DNA from: Hyphomicrobiaceae bacterium
GTDB lineage: Bacteria; Pseudomonadota; Alphaproteobacteria; Rhizobiales; Hyphomicrobiaceae
Direction of reading: 5' to 3'
Length of the DNA: 64,000 nucleotides
Assembly: GCA_013141255.1 (NCBI GenBank)
Contig: JABFRJ010000318.1
Span: 1,053-65,052 of the forward strand
Shown here: one piece after another, positions 1-9,546 of the stretch
Numbering within the stretch: position 1 is the stretch's first letter
Layout of the letters: each line of letters opens with the position of its first letter
Notes under the pieces: generated by a model
The model's input: the letters and a program-made list of their open reading frames with translations, nothing else
What the model was told of the DNA's origin: nothing
The model's database searches: none
Translations under genes and position numbers: made by a program

Positions 1-723
1 ACTCTCCGGCACCACCACACCATCCATCACAATTTCACCCGTGATCGACGCCCGCAGAGAAAGCTTGCCACCGATCTTCGGCGCACTCAGTCCCTTCATA
101 CCTTTATCCAAAATAAAGCCGCGGATCTCATTGTTGTGCGCCGCGCTCTTCGCCCACACCACAAACACGTCCGCAATCGGCGCATTTGAAATCCACATCT
201 TCGAGCCGGTAAGACGATATCCGTCCGCAACCTTTTCCGCCCGCGTTTTCATCCCGCCGGGATCGGACCCCGCATCCGGCTCTGTCAACCCGAAGCAGCC
301 GACAAACTCACCCGACGCTAGCTTCGGCAAATACTTCATGCGCTGCTCTTCAGAGCCATACGCATAGATCGGGTACATCACGAGCGACGACTGAACCGAA
401 TTCATCGACCGATAACCGCTATCAACGCGCTCGACTTCCCGTGCCACCAGACCGTAAGCGACGTAATTCGCGCCCGCACACCCATACTTCTCCGGAAGGG
501 TCACACCGAGTAAACCGAGCTTACCCATCTCATGAAAGATCTCGCGGTCCGTTTTTTCCTGAAGATAGGCTTCCGTCACCCGCGGCAATAGTTTTTCTTG
601 CGCATAATCCCGCGCCACGTCCCGGATTGCCCGCTCGTCCTCATTGAGTTGATCCTCGAGCTGGAACGGGTCTTCCCAGTTAAAACTGACTTTGGCAGTC
701 GAACTGGCGGTGCGGTCTTGCAT
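1..723 (-). CDS. gcdH: Glutaryl-CoA dehydrogenase (acyl-CoA dehydrogenase family), N-terminal part; the 3' end lies beyond the left window edge
   Basis: Absent from the ORF track because it runs off the edge. Hand translation of the reverse strand from ATG (complement of 721-723) gives [49 protein letters not shown]...[37 protein letters not shown]...[22 protein letters not shown]...[20 protein letters not shown]. These are typical acyl-CoA dehydrogenase N-terminal and middle domains of the glutaryl-CoA type. Confidence 0.85.
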   Translation of the reverse strand, partial: MQDRTASSTAKVSFNWEDPFQLEDQLNEDERAIRDVARDYAQEKLLPRVTEAYLQEKTDREIFHEMGKLGLLGVTLPEKYGCAGANYVAYGLVAREVERVDSGYRSMNSVQSSLVMYPIYAYGSEEQRMKYLPKLASGEFVGCFGLTEPDAGSDPGGMKTRAEKVADGYRLTGSKMWISNAPIADVFVVWAKSAAHNNEIRGFILDKGMKGLSAPKIGGKLSLRASITGEIVMDGVVVPES

Positions 724-876
724 CGTGGGGATCCTCAATCATGGAAAAGCAGTCCAAGCCTTACCTTAGAGCCCAGCGCAGGGGAAGTCGCCCGCACCGC
801 ATCCACAGCATCCCTGCGACACAGCACCCGATATTGTGCATAGCAAAAAGCCGATGAAGGCTGCTAAGCCAGTCCC

Positions 877-2052
877 ATGCCACTCATGCTCATCCTTTCC
901 TGCGCCGCCTTTGTCTCGGCCTTCTCGATCCGCATGATCGACCCACTCGTGCCCGCAATCGCGCGCGATTTCTCAATCCCCATTGAGACAGCCGCCCTAC
1001 TCGCCTCTGCCTTCACTTTCCCTTATGCACTCTCCCAACCCATCCTCGGCCCCCTTGGCGACGCCGCCGGTAAAGAGCGCATCATCAAAATTTGCCTCGG
1101 TGTTTTGACGCTGGCCCTAGTCGTCGCAACTCTCGCAAGTCAGCTTGAGTTCCTCTTCTTGGCCCGCATGATTGCCGGCATCGCCGGTGGCGGCATCATC
1201 CCCATCGCATTTGCTATCATCGGCGACCGCTTCGAAATGCAGGAGCGCCAAGTCGCCCTCTCGCGCATGATCATGGCGTCCCAAATCTCAATTCTCATGG
1301 GCTCCCTCGGCGGAGGTTTCGTCGCAGCCAACTACGGTTGGCGCTGGATGTTCGGTGTCCCCGCCGTCTTTGTCCTAGTTGTGTTGCTACTTGCTTTGCG
1401 CAACCTGAAGAGCCCACCCGGCGAAATCCGCCAACCCTTGAGTATCGCACGCACACGCGCCTCATATCTCGAAGCTCTCAAGAGCCCCTACGCAGCCATC
1501 TGCCTCATCGGCGTCTTTATTGGCGGCTGCACCATGTTCGGCCTCACGCCCTTCATCGCCGGACGCCTTGAACGCCTCCAAATGGGTGGACTACGCGAAA
1601 GCGGTATGATCATCGGCGCCATGAGCATAGGCGGCATTATCTTCACGTTGCTTGTGCGCCAATTGCTCGCGCGGTTGGGCCGCGTCGGCCTTGTCCGTTT
1701 GGGTGGCGCAATCCTTTCAACCGCGCTCATCCTATACGCATTCGCGACCAATTGGCAGCAACAAGCCTTGCTTTTCGGTTTCATCGGCATGGGCTTCTTC
1801 ATGATGCACAACTGCCTTCAAGCCCTCGGCGTCGAACTCGCTCCCAAGGCACGCGCATCCGGTATTTCGCTGATGGCGTTTGTTTTCTTCCTCGGTCAAG
1901 CCGCCGGTCCGGTAGTTTACAGCTTCGCTTTCAGCGCCTCCGGCCAACGCGCACCCATCGTCGCTGCAGGCGTCATCTTTGCCTTGCTCTCGCTCTGGGT
2001 CAGCATACGCTTGAGTCGCTTGGATCGCTTACCAAACGCCCCTCAAGCCTGA
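877..2052 (+). CDS. MFS transporter
   Basis: 391-aa ORF that is hydrophobic throughout with about 12 predicted TM segments. MFS-like loop motif LGPLGDAAGKERIIK after TM2. Divergent from gcdH. Confidence 0.85.
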   Translation: MPLMLILSCAAFVSAFSIRMIDPLVPAIARDFSIPIETAALLASAFTFPYALSQPILGPLGDAAGKERIIKICLGVLTLALVVATLASQLEFLFLARMIAGIAGGGIIPIAFAIIGDRFEMQERQVALSRMIMASQISILMGSLGGGFVAANYGWRWMFGVPAVFVLVVLLLALRNLKSPPGEIRQPLSIARTRASYLEALKSPYAAICLIGVFIGGCTMFGLTPFIAGRLERLQMGGLRESGMIIGAMSIGGIIFTLLVRQLLARLGRVGLVRLGGAILSTALILYAFATNWQQQALLFGFIGMGFFMMHNCLQALGVELAPKARASGISLMAFVFFLGQAAGPVVYSFAFSASGQRAPIVAAGVIFALLSLWVSIRLSRLDRLPNAPQA

Positions 2053-2086
2053 GTTTAGCACAACAGTATCTCAGCAAGGTCAATTC

Positions 2087-3139
2087 CTAATTTCCGATGG
2101 CCTTCAGCGCCACACCCGATAGCGCTCCGCCGATCACACAAGGCACACCAATCGCAACATTCCCAAGCGCACTGCCGACCACACAGCCAAACGCCAGCGC
2201 CGTTTGTCCCGCCTGCCCCCACCACTGCGCATTCCGCGTCTTTGCTGGCCCCTTCACCTTCAACTGCTCAATCGCCACCAACGCCTCTTTGCGGATCTTA
2301 CCTGTCTCTGCCGTCTCAGCGGCCTCTATCACATCAACCAACCGCTTGCGGCCCTCTGGCGTCTCTGTCGTCAGCGCCGCTTTCAACAATCGCAACAAAT
2401 CCACGTCACGGCTGGCATTCTGCGCCAGCGTCCATTTTGCCATCGACCCGATGGTCAGCCGCTCCACGTCGTTACCGTCAGCCGACCATTTGAGTACCGA
2501 GATTATTCGCACAATCGGCTCGAACGAGCCCGTCGCAAAGTAATTGCCCCACAACACATCTAATGGCTGCGGTCCTGCATCAAGCGCCATTGCCTCAAGC
2601 GCCGGCATCTTGTCCGTCAGATAGCGGTCCACCAGCACCGCTCGCGACGGCATCCGCTCGGTGATACCGCGCAACAAGGCCTTCCATTGCGGATGCCCAG
2701 AGAAAGCAACGGCCTTGATCAAGGCCGGCTGATCTTCAGGATGCACGGGGAACATCTTAACCAGCGTCGCCGCTGCGCGATCATCATCAAGCGTGGACAA
2801 TACACCACCCAAAAAGCCGAGGTGAATTCCCGCCTGCTCCATCTCGCGAAACACACCGTGCCGCGTCATCGCTGAAAAGACCGACGCCAGATGCTGCGGC
2901 TCAGGCCGCGCTCGATAGCCTTGGATAAATTGCAGAACCACTTCAGGCCGATCAAATTTCGGCACCGGCGCTTTGCGTTGCGCGGCTTTAGTTCCTGGCT
3001 TTGATAAAGGCGCGATCGTCGTCGTCGTCCCCACCATTGGAGTGGGCGACGTACTCGATACTGTCGGCGTCGCTGAATGCGCCGGGCCCGCGAACGCGTA
3101 GACACAGCCAAGAAACAACAATCCAGTTCGCCAAATCAT
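2087..3139 (-). CDS. Hypothetical exported protein with C-terminal glycine-zipper membrane anchor
   Basis: Long ORF 2087..3223. The internal ATG at 3139 gives a signal-peptide-like N-terminus (MIWRTGLLFLGCVYAFAGPAHSA), followed by an S/T/P-rich linker. The C-terminus is Gly/Ala-rich and hydrophobic (ALAFGCVVGSALGNVAIGVPCVIGGALSGVALKAIG). No family recognised. Confidence 0.6.
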   Translation of the reverse strand: MIWRTGLLFLGCVYAFAGPAHSATPTVSSTSPTPMVGTTTTIAPLSKPGTKAAQRKAPVPKFDRPEVVLQFIQGYRARPEPQHLASVFSAMTRHGVFREMEQAGIHLGFLGGVLSTLDDDRAAATLVKMFPVHPEDQPALIKAVAFSGHPQWKALLRGITERMPSRAVLVDRYLTDKMPALEAMALDAGPQPLDVLWGNYFATGSFEPIVRIISVLKWSADGNDVERLTIGSMAKWTLAQNASRDVDLLRLLKAALTTETPEGRKRLVDVIEAAETAETGKIRKEALVAIEQLKVKGPAKTRNAQWWGQAGQTALAFGCVVGSALGNVAIGVPCVIGGALSGVALKAIGN

Positions 3140-3400
3140 AAAACGCGCCCACTCATTCAATGCGCAACAAAACGCCCAATCGCACAAATTCGATAGTTCC
3201 GTAGGATCGGAACTCACAAACAACGCCGCGCAATGGCGATAATGTGTCTGAACAATGGTTTTACCGCGTCTGTGAAAGACAGATTCTCCCCCGCGCCTCT
3301 CGGCTTCCCCTCCCTATGCGCCATAAGTTGTATGCAACTGCAAAACGATTCGTCGACCGCATGAACAACTGACGCAACAGTTAAACCGGGAGCATAATCC

Positions 3401-4087
3401 TTGAACCAACGTGCCCTAGCAGCCGAATTTATCGGCACCTTTGCCTTGGTATTCACCGCGGTTGGCACCGCGCTCTACGCAGGCCCCACCGGCGGCATCG
3501 TCGCTGTATCATTGGCATTTGGGTTCGTAGTACTTGCCATGGCCTTCGCCCTCGGCCACATTTCAGGTGGACATTTTAATCCAGCCGTTACCCTCGGCCT
3601 CGTGGCCGGCGGGCGCTTCAAAAGCTCTGACGCAGTCTCCTATGTCGTCGCTCAAGTCCTCGGCGGCCTAGTCGCAGCAGCTATCCTAAGCATCATCCTA
3701 CAAGGCCTGATACCCGGAAATCCCGTCCCTAAATTAAATTCGATGACAGCAGTGTCCAATGGCTACGGAGGTCCCGGTCAATTCTCGCTCACAGCCGCCA
3801 TCCTTATGGAAATCGTGATCACCGCGCTGTTTCTCATCGTCATCATGGGCTCAACCTCCAAGCGCGCGCCTGCAGGCTTCGCCCCCATCGCCATCGGTCT
3901 CGCACTCGCGTTATTTCACCTCGTCTCGATCCCTGTCACTAACGCCTCGCTCAATCCAGCACGTTCAACAGCAACGGCACTCATGGCCGGCGGCAAACCA
4001 TTGGCTGATCTCTGGATCTTCTGGGCGGCGCCAATCTTTGGCGCCGTCATCGGCGGGGCATTGTCCAAGTGGTTACAGAACGAATAA
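3401..4087 (+). CDS. aqpZ: Aquaporin Z (MIP family water channel)
   Basis: 228 aa with two NPA boxes (GGHFNPAVT and ASLNPARS) and six TM segments. Confidence 0.95.
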   Translation: MNQRALAAEFIGTFALVFTAVGTALYAGPTGGIVAVSLAFGFVVLAMAFALGHISGGHFNPAVTLGLVAGGRFKSSDAVSYVVAQVLGGLVAAAILSIILQGLIPGNPVPKLNSMTAVSNGYGGPGQFSLTAAILMEIVITALFLIVIMGSTSKRAPAGFAPIAIGLALALFHLVSIPVTNASLNPARSTATALMAGGKPLADLWIFWAAPIFGAVIGGALSKWLQNE

Positions 4088-4118
4088 TTGAAAGCAGTTA
4101 ATGCCCCCAACAGCGTGC

Positions 4119-4146
4119 GGCGGTCGATGTTTCGGCCGCCGTTTTG
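4119..4146 (+). terminator. Rho-independent terminator after aqpZ
   Basis: GGCGGTCGA-tgtt-TCGGCCGCC forms a 9-bp stem with one G-U pair, followed by GTTTTG. Confidence 0.6.
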
Positions 4147-4299
4147 CGCATAATCACTCCAATATGCTTAAAATGAACAACCACAAGGTATGTGAAAAAA
4201 CTGTAGTCTTCCGATTGACGACGCCCCCTCGCAACACTGTGCTATGACGCCTCTATTCTGCCCATCCGGGCAGCCCACAACATAAAAGGATGCCCCCCC

Positions 4300-4776
4300 A
4301 TGAGTATTTTCAGCGCTATCAAAAACGCAATCTTCGGGTCACCCGCCGCCGCCGCCGAAGTCACCCCCGATATGCGTGCCGAAGCCATCATCAAAACCTC
4401 AGCCTCAGGTGCGGCACCTGATATCTCAGCCGCAGCAACATCCGCCGCAATCAAAGCGGCTGCAGCAGTGGCTACAGCCGCCACCGCAGCTACCGTCCCT
4501 TCCAAAGCCGCCATTTCCAAAGTCGACGTCGCAGCCGTCCTCGATAAAATGGACGAAGACAGCGACGAAGATCTCGACTGGCGCAAGTCAATCGTCGATC
4601 TTATGAAGCTGCTAAAACTCGACAGCAGTCTCAAGGCCCGCAAGGAACTCGCCACCGAGTTGAAATACTCAGGAGACATGAGCGACAGCGCATCAATGAA
4701 CGTCTGGTTACATAAGCAGGTCATGACCAAATTGGCCGAGAATGGCGGCGTCGTGCCTGCTGGCCTCGGTCACTAA
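4300..4776 (+). CDS. DUF3597 domain-containing protein
   Basis: N-terminus MSIFSAIKNAIFG, an Ala-rich low-complexity middle, and a conserved C-terminal helical domain (DWRKSIVDLMKLLKLDSSLKARKELATELKY...MNVWLHKQVM). This matches my recollection of DUF3597. Confidence 0.8.
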   Translation: MSIFSAIKNAIFGSPAAAAEVTPDMRAEAIIKTSASGAAPDISAAATSAAIKAAAAVATAATAATVPSKAAISKVDVAAVLDKMDEDSDEDLDWRKSIVDLMKLLKLDSSLKARKELATELKYSGDMSDSASMNVWLHKQVMTKLAENGGVVPAGLGH

Positions 4777-4925
4777 TCAATCACACAAATACCATTGGAC
4801 CTGGGATGCGGCCACGCCACCTCCCAGGTCTTTCTTTGTCCTCGCGCACATCCGCAAAACGTTCCGCAAGGAACAGTACGCGCCCTCACTCAAGCGTAAG
4901 CCCAAGCCTCATCCACCAAGATGCA

Positions 4926-5894
4926 ATGAGGCCCACGATGCGCAACGTCACATGCTCCACAAATCCCGCTTGGTCGATCAACGAGACCCCAATCAAAATC
5001 ACAACGCACGACGGTTATCGACTCACCGCCATTGTCTTTGAAGACACCAGACCACACCGTCCAAGCCGCCCCATCGCCATCATTGGCGGCGGTGTCGCCA
5101 TCCCACAAACCTTCTACGCCCCCTTCGCCCGCTATCTTGCCAGCCAAGGTACAACCGTCATCACTTTTGATTATCGCGGCATTGGCGGATCGCTAAACAC
5201 TCATGCGCGCGACATCACTGCACGTCTCGTCGACTGGGGGCAGAAAGACATTCCTGCAATTCTCGCCTACGCGAAGAGCACCTATCCAGACTCACCGATC
5301 CACTGGATTGGGCACAGCCTCGGCGGTGGCTTCGGTGTCGCTCTAGCGCACAACAATGCCTTGATCGACCGCCATCTTGGCATCGCCGTCCCACATGGAT
5401 ATTGGGGGCTCATGAGCGGCAATGAACGCTATCGCGTTGCCGCACTCATTGGAATTGTCCTCCCAACACTCGCCTACACCTGCGGTTACATCCCCGGCAA
5501 GCTCACTGGCCTTGGCGAAAACCTGCCAAAACACATTGCACTCGAATGGCGACGCTGGATCTTGAATCCAAACAGCATGTGGGGTTCGCTTCCCGCAAAA
5601 GACCTTACCGCCTCGCAAACACTTCGTGCGCCCATGCACATCCTTCGCTTCAGCGATGATCCTTGGGCATCAGAGCAAAGCGTAGAACAAATATTAAAGT
5701 GCTTCACTGGGGCCAAACACCGGTCCATTGCCTGCATCCAACCACAAGACGCAAACGCCAAACACATTGGCCACAATGGCTTCTTCCGAACACGCTTTGC
5801 CACAACACTATGGCCGCGAGCTTGCGCCTGGCTCAATCAAAGCGAGACAGGTCTTCAGCAAAGTCCACAGCAACAACCATCTTCACGTCACTAA
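4926..5894 (+). CDS. Alpha/beta hydrolase
   Basis: Nucleophile elbow GHSLGG in WIGHSLGGGFG, plus an alpha/beta-fold pattern. Start moved to the ATG at 4926 because the upstream part of ORF 4806.. is basic and low-complexity. The start is uncertain. Confidence 0.8.
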   Translation: MRPTMRNVTCSTNPAWSINETPIKITTHDGYRLTAIVFEDTRPHRPSRPIAIIGGGVAIPQTFYAPFARYLASQGTTVITFDYRGIGGSLNTHARDITARLVDWGQKDIPAILAYAKSTYPDSPIHWIGHSLGGGFGVALAHNNALIDRHLGIAVPHGYWGLMSGNERYRVAALIGIVLPTLAYTCGYIPGKLTGLGENLPKHIALEWRRWILNPNSMWGSLPAKDLTASQTLRAPMHILRFSDDPWASEQSVEQILKCFTGAKHRSIACIQPQDANAKHIGHNGFFRTRFATTLWPRACAWLNQSETGLQQSPQQQPSSRH

Positions 5895-7160
5895 ATCACT
5901 CAAGCCTTTGAGCAGAGCCGTCTCCGGAAACACTGATGAACCAAGCGCTCCATCTGGAATACCAAGATGGTCGCGCAATATCCCTTTCAAGACAACGCGT
6001 AGATCGGTCGTCGGTTTCAAATCGCGATTCTGATAGAGCGACGCTTCATTCAAGCCAGGCCAATCCGCCAGCACACGACCACCTTTAACCGCTCCGCCAA
6101 CAAGCAACGCGCACGTCGCCATCCCGTGATCCGTCCCGCTCGTCCCGTTGACGCGCGCCGTACGACCAAACTCAGTGACGATGACAACAATGGTATCTTT
6201 CCACGTCTCACCAAGACCGTCATGCAACGCCTTGATCGCTTGATCGAGTCCCGACAGTCGATTGCCCAGCGCGCCTTGAATCACTCCCTCGTTCGCATGT
6301 GTATCCCAACCGTTATAACTCAGCGCACCGATCCGCGGACCATCCGCTTGCAACATGAACTTCGCGGCCGTCTCTGCAGCTTCTGTAAACTCACGAAACA
6401 ATTGCGGATTGAGTGGCGCACCTGACGCCGTTGTCACCTGCGGCGGCCCTTGCCCCGCAGCCGCAGGCACGGATGCAGTCATAGCCTGCGCTTGCATATC
6501 AATTGCAATGCCATCCGCCAGCGCCTTTGCCAACACAGGGTCGGTCTGTCCATAAAGGTCAACCAATCGCGCCACCGTCGCATCCCGCAACGGCAAATTA
6601 TAAACCTTCGGAATCCACGACAGCACAGGCGCCTTGCCACGAATAACAAGCGGCACAACCGCCCCCATCGCCAAGCCCTTTGGGCTCGCTTTACCTGCGT
6701 GCGGCATGCCAGCCAGTGCTCGATTTAACCACCCGTCATCGCCGCCCTTGCCAACACCAGGCAGCCCACTCTCAAGCACATCTTGTCCGTCGAAATGGCT
6801 GCGCTCCCGATACGGCGAATGCACTGCATGCACGACCATCGCCTGCCGCTTCTGATAAAGACCGTGCAAGAATGGCATATTGGGATTGAGCACGAACATA
6901 TCATCGAGCTTCAACCCACCATTCGTCTCACCCGCCTTGTTCATCGCAATATGCTGCCTGAGTTTAACATAGTCAGGATCGCCCACAGGCCCGGCCAGCG
7001 AAAGACCGTCGAGCCCACCGCGCAATACCATTGTCAACAAGCGCGGATCACGCGTGCCAGCCAATGCGGCTTTCGGCAAAAAGCTCCACAGCGCCAAGCT
7101 TGCTGTCGCGCCGCGCAACACCCCACGACGATCAATGTGATGGTTTTCAGTGCATGACAT
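5883..7160 (-). CDS. DUF1501 domain-containing protein (Tat-exported, sulfatase/phosphatase-like fold)
   Basis: Twin-arginine signal DRRGVLRGATASLALWSF. Motifs LRGGLDGLS, NGWDTHANE and TEFGRTARVNGTSGTDHG. The ATG at 7160 is preceded by GAGGA 9 nt upstream, whereas the ORF-track start at 7214 is TTG. Confidence 0.85.
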   Translation of the reverse strand: MSCTENHHIDRRGVLRGATASLALWSFLPKAALAGTRDPRLLTMVLRGGLDGLSLAGPVGDPDYVKLRQHIAMNKAGETNGGLKLDDMFVLNPNMPFLHGLYQKRQAMVVHAVHSPYRERSHFDGQDVLESGLPGVGKGGDDGWLNRALAGMPHAGKASPKGLAMGAVVPLVIRGKAPVLSWIPKVYNLPLRDATVARLVDLYGQTDPVLAKALADGIAIDMQAQAMTASVPAAAGQGPPQVTTASGAPLNPQLFREFTEAAETAAKFMLQADGPRIGALSYNGWDTHANEGVIQGALGNRLSGLDQAIKALHDGLGETWKDTIVVIVTEFGRTARVNGTSGTDHGMATCALLVGGAVKGGRVLADWPGLNEASLYQNRDLKPTTDLRVVLKGILRDHLGIPDGALGSSVFPETALLKGLSDLVT

Positions 7161-7227
7161 CCAATGTTGTCCTCGACGCAAGAATTGTAAACTCAGGAAC
7201 TTTGACCGCCACAATCCGCGACAATCG

Positions 7228-8706
7228 TCACCGTCGCTGAAAATCGGGGCTCATGATCAACAACTCCAGACCCTGCTCACGGTTTTCCGCCCGCGCCACT
7301 GCATCTCGCGTCTCTTTGCGCATATCGCGCCCGAGAACCGCTTCCGCCAATTGTCGGGGATCAACAGACTTATCCAACAGTCGCGCCACTTGCTCGGCAA
7401 TCCGCAACCGTTCCCTCAACGCCGACGGATTGGCCCAACCATTGTCATCATCCGGCCAGCCCTTTGGGCTTGGAGGCTGCCACAACGGTTGTCCCAATTG
7501 ATTGGCAAGTCGCAACATCTCAGGCGCCGTCGTTTGATGCGCTAGGCTGCGCGTCAACGCCACGACAAGATCAATCGGCGGCAGCAATTTCGACGCAGGC
7601 ACCGCCCACGCTTCGTCTGACGTCACCAGCGTTTTTGCAAGCGCTGTAAGGTCTCCCTCAGTATCGCGAAAAGCCTTTTCCAACCTCTGCGTCAACGCGT
7701 CTGGAACCTGATCAGCCACAAAATGTCGTGCAAACTTGCGCGCTATATGCCGTGCAGTCGCGGGATGCCGCGCCAAATCCTCAAGACACTTAACACCAGT
7801 CACCGCATCTTCATTCTTGTAGTTTTTCCCAAGCACTGCCCAATCACCTGGCTCATGCCGCGGCTTATGATAGAAAAATTTCCCTGCCTCGACATTGGGA
7901 GTTCGCAACGCCGCCACCGTCCACCCAGTAACAATCCGCGCCAAGTTAGTGACGTCTGCTTGCGAATACCCACCATCCACGCCGAGCGTATGCAGCTCCA
8001 GAATCTCGCGCGCAAGATTTTCATTCAATCCCTTTTTCTGATTGAGCCCGGCCGGACTGTTCGGTCCAAATGAGATTTGATTGTCGAGATAGATCAGCAT
8101 CGCAGGATGCTGCTCCACCGCCTTGAGCAAATCAGTGAACGAGCCGAAAGATTTGGCGCGAATGACCTCGCGCTCGTATGCCCCCGCAATGCCGCGCACC
8201 GGTCCACGCGCCATGATACAAAAATGGTTCGACCAGAACATTACGAGCCGTTCGACAAATGGAACATTCGTTGCCGCTTGATGCCGGAAGCGTACAGTTG
8301 CTTCATCGACAAACACTTCAGTACGAATGCGCGCCGGTCGAGCGCCCTCTTTTTTTTGCGCCCGCTTAATGTTCGCCGACTGTTCATCCGCCGACAGTCC
8401 CTTCATCGCCCGTGCGGCCGCTCGCTGTTCGGTATTGTCGCCGCCCGGCACCTGCTGCTGCGCAGTCGACAGCGCACTCTCCCGCATCAAATCTTTGGCG
8501 AGCTTGCGTTGCTGCTGCGCTGTCGCCGCCGCCGCGAAGGTGACGTGGCTGGGCTCTAGATCTGGATCATCAAGTCGCGCTTGCGCCGACTGCGACAACT
8601 GCCCCAGTAAAAACCCACGGGGATCCTGCGCAACCTTCTCGACCTCACCCGGACGAGCGCCAAGCCCAAAGCGCCGTAAAGCCAGCAATCCACCATTTAC
8701 CGTCAT
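7228..8706 (-). CDS. DUF1800 domain-containing protein
   Basis: 492 aa with motifs FWSNHFCI and ILELHTLGVDGGYSQADV. Lies immediately upstream of DUF1501, the usual gene pair. Confidence 0.85.
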   Translation of the reverse strand: MTVNGGLLALRRFGLGARPGEVEKVAQDPRGFLLGQLSQSAQARLDDPDLEPSHVTFAAAATAQQQRKLAKDLMRESALSTAQQQVPGGDNTEQRAAARAMKGLSADEQSANIKRAQKKEGARPARIRTEVFVDEATVRFRHQAATNVPFVERLVMFWSNHFCIMARGPVRGIAGAYEREVIRAKSFGSFTDLLKAVEQHPAMLIYLDNQISFGPNSPAGLNQKKGLNENLAREILELHTLGVDGGYSQADVTNLARIVTGWTVAALRTPNVEAGKFFYHKPRHEPGDWAVLGKNYKNEDAVTGVKCLEDLARHPATARHIARKFARHFVADQVPDALTQRLEKAFRDTEGDLTALAKTLVTSDEAWAVPASKLLPPIDLVVALTRSLAHQTTAPEMLRLANQLGQPLWQPPSPKGWPDDDNGWANPSALRERLRIAEQVARLLDKSVDPRQLAEAVLGRDMRKETRDAVARAENREQGLELLIMSPDFQRR

Positions 8707-8992
8707 GCTCTGCCGCCATCGTCGGGAAGGATTCGCCTAAAAAGACGTGGCCCAAAGTGTAGAGCCTGTACAAGGCCAAAAACGGGCAGCTAGGTCCAAT
8801 CCGTCGCAAGTTCAGCGTTAGCTAATACACGAAACGATAAGGCCCGGCCTGCGTCACTCAGGGTGACGCAAACCGAGCCTTCGAGATCTACCCGATCTCC
8901 TACCACCAGGGAACGGTAGGGAAACCGCCAGACCAAGTCAAAAGTGACAGAGCCACCGTGTCCAAGACCAACCGGCAGCACCGGACTACAAA

Positions 8993-9337
8993 TCAACGGA
9001 AGTAATAAATGCGCGTCACACGCTGCTGCATCACCTCTTCAAGGCAATCCCGATCCGCTCCACACCGGTCGCGCCGATCAAGAAATTCGCGCTGTGATTG
9101 CTGCAAGCGCTGTTTCGTCTGTCCCGAAACCGACTGATCCAGCATCAAATCCGCATACGCCTCGGTCATTTTCGCGTCCAATACCTGCAGCTTTTGACTC
9201 CGACAAATCGTCCGCTCAGCCGCATTCCAGTCCCGCGCACAATCAATCGTATCAATCGCCGAAGCCGGAGAAATAGCCCCAAGGCTCGCCAACATGGCAA
9301 GCGCTACAACCACACGACGTTTCGATCCTGACAACAT
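8993..9337 (-). CDS. Lysozyme inhibitor LprI-like (DUF1311) periplasmic protein
   Basis: The ATG at 9337 has AGGAG 8 nt upstream. Signal peptide MLSGSKRRVVVALAMLASLGAISPASA. Cys-containing DUF1311-like helices (ERTICRSQKLQVLDAKMTEAY...QREFLDRRDRCGADRDCLEEVMQQRV). Confidence 0.7.
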   Translation of the reverse strand: MLSGSKRRVVVALAMLASLGAISPASAIDTIDCARDWNAAERTICRSQKLQVLDAKMTEAYADLMLDQSVSGQTKQRLQQSQREFLDRRDRCGADRDCLEEVMQQRVTRIYYFR

Positions 9338-9546
9338 CTGATCACTCCTGGATTTTAACCGTGGCGCCAGCCCTATGCAGCCGCCTCTTCCAACCAGAAT
9401 GTGCTCAGTACGATGGAAATTGCAGTCCAACTGCCGGTAGCAAACGGCAAGCATCCGAAAATCAAACTTACCGCTGTTTGCCGTTTGCGTAGAAACAGAA
9501 AAATCCAGTAGTTTCCTTCGCACGCCATTTCAGGAGCCTGCCTCGC

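Noticed and set aside
4242-4730. 162-aa minus-strand ORF opposite the DUF3597 gene
   Set aside because: It is the mirror image of the Ala-rich tract of the sense gene. The DUF3597 reading has recognisable conserved N- and C-terminal motifs, and the antisense reading has none.
8790-8996. 68-aa minus-strand ORF overlapping the LprI stop as TTGA (possible translational coupling)
   Set aside because: TTG is its only start, no RBS lies upstream, and no family is recognised. It remains possible but is unsupported, so it is not reported as a feature.
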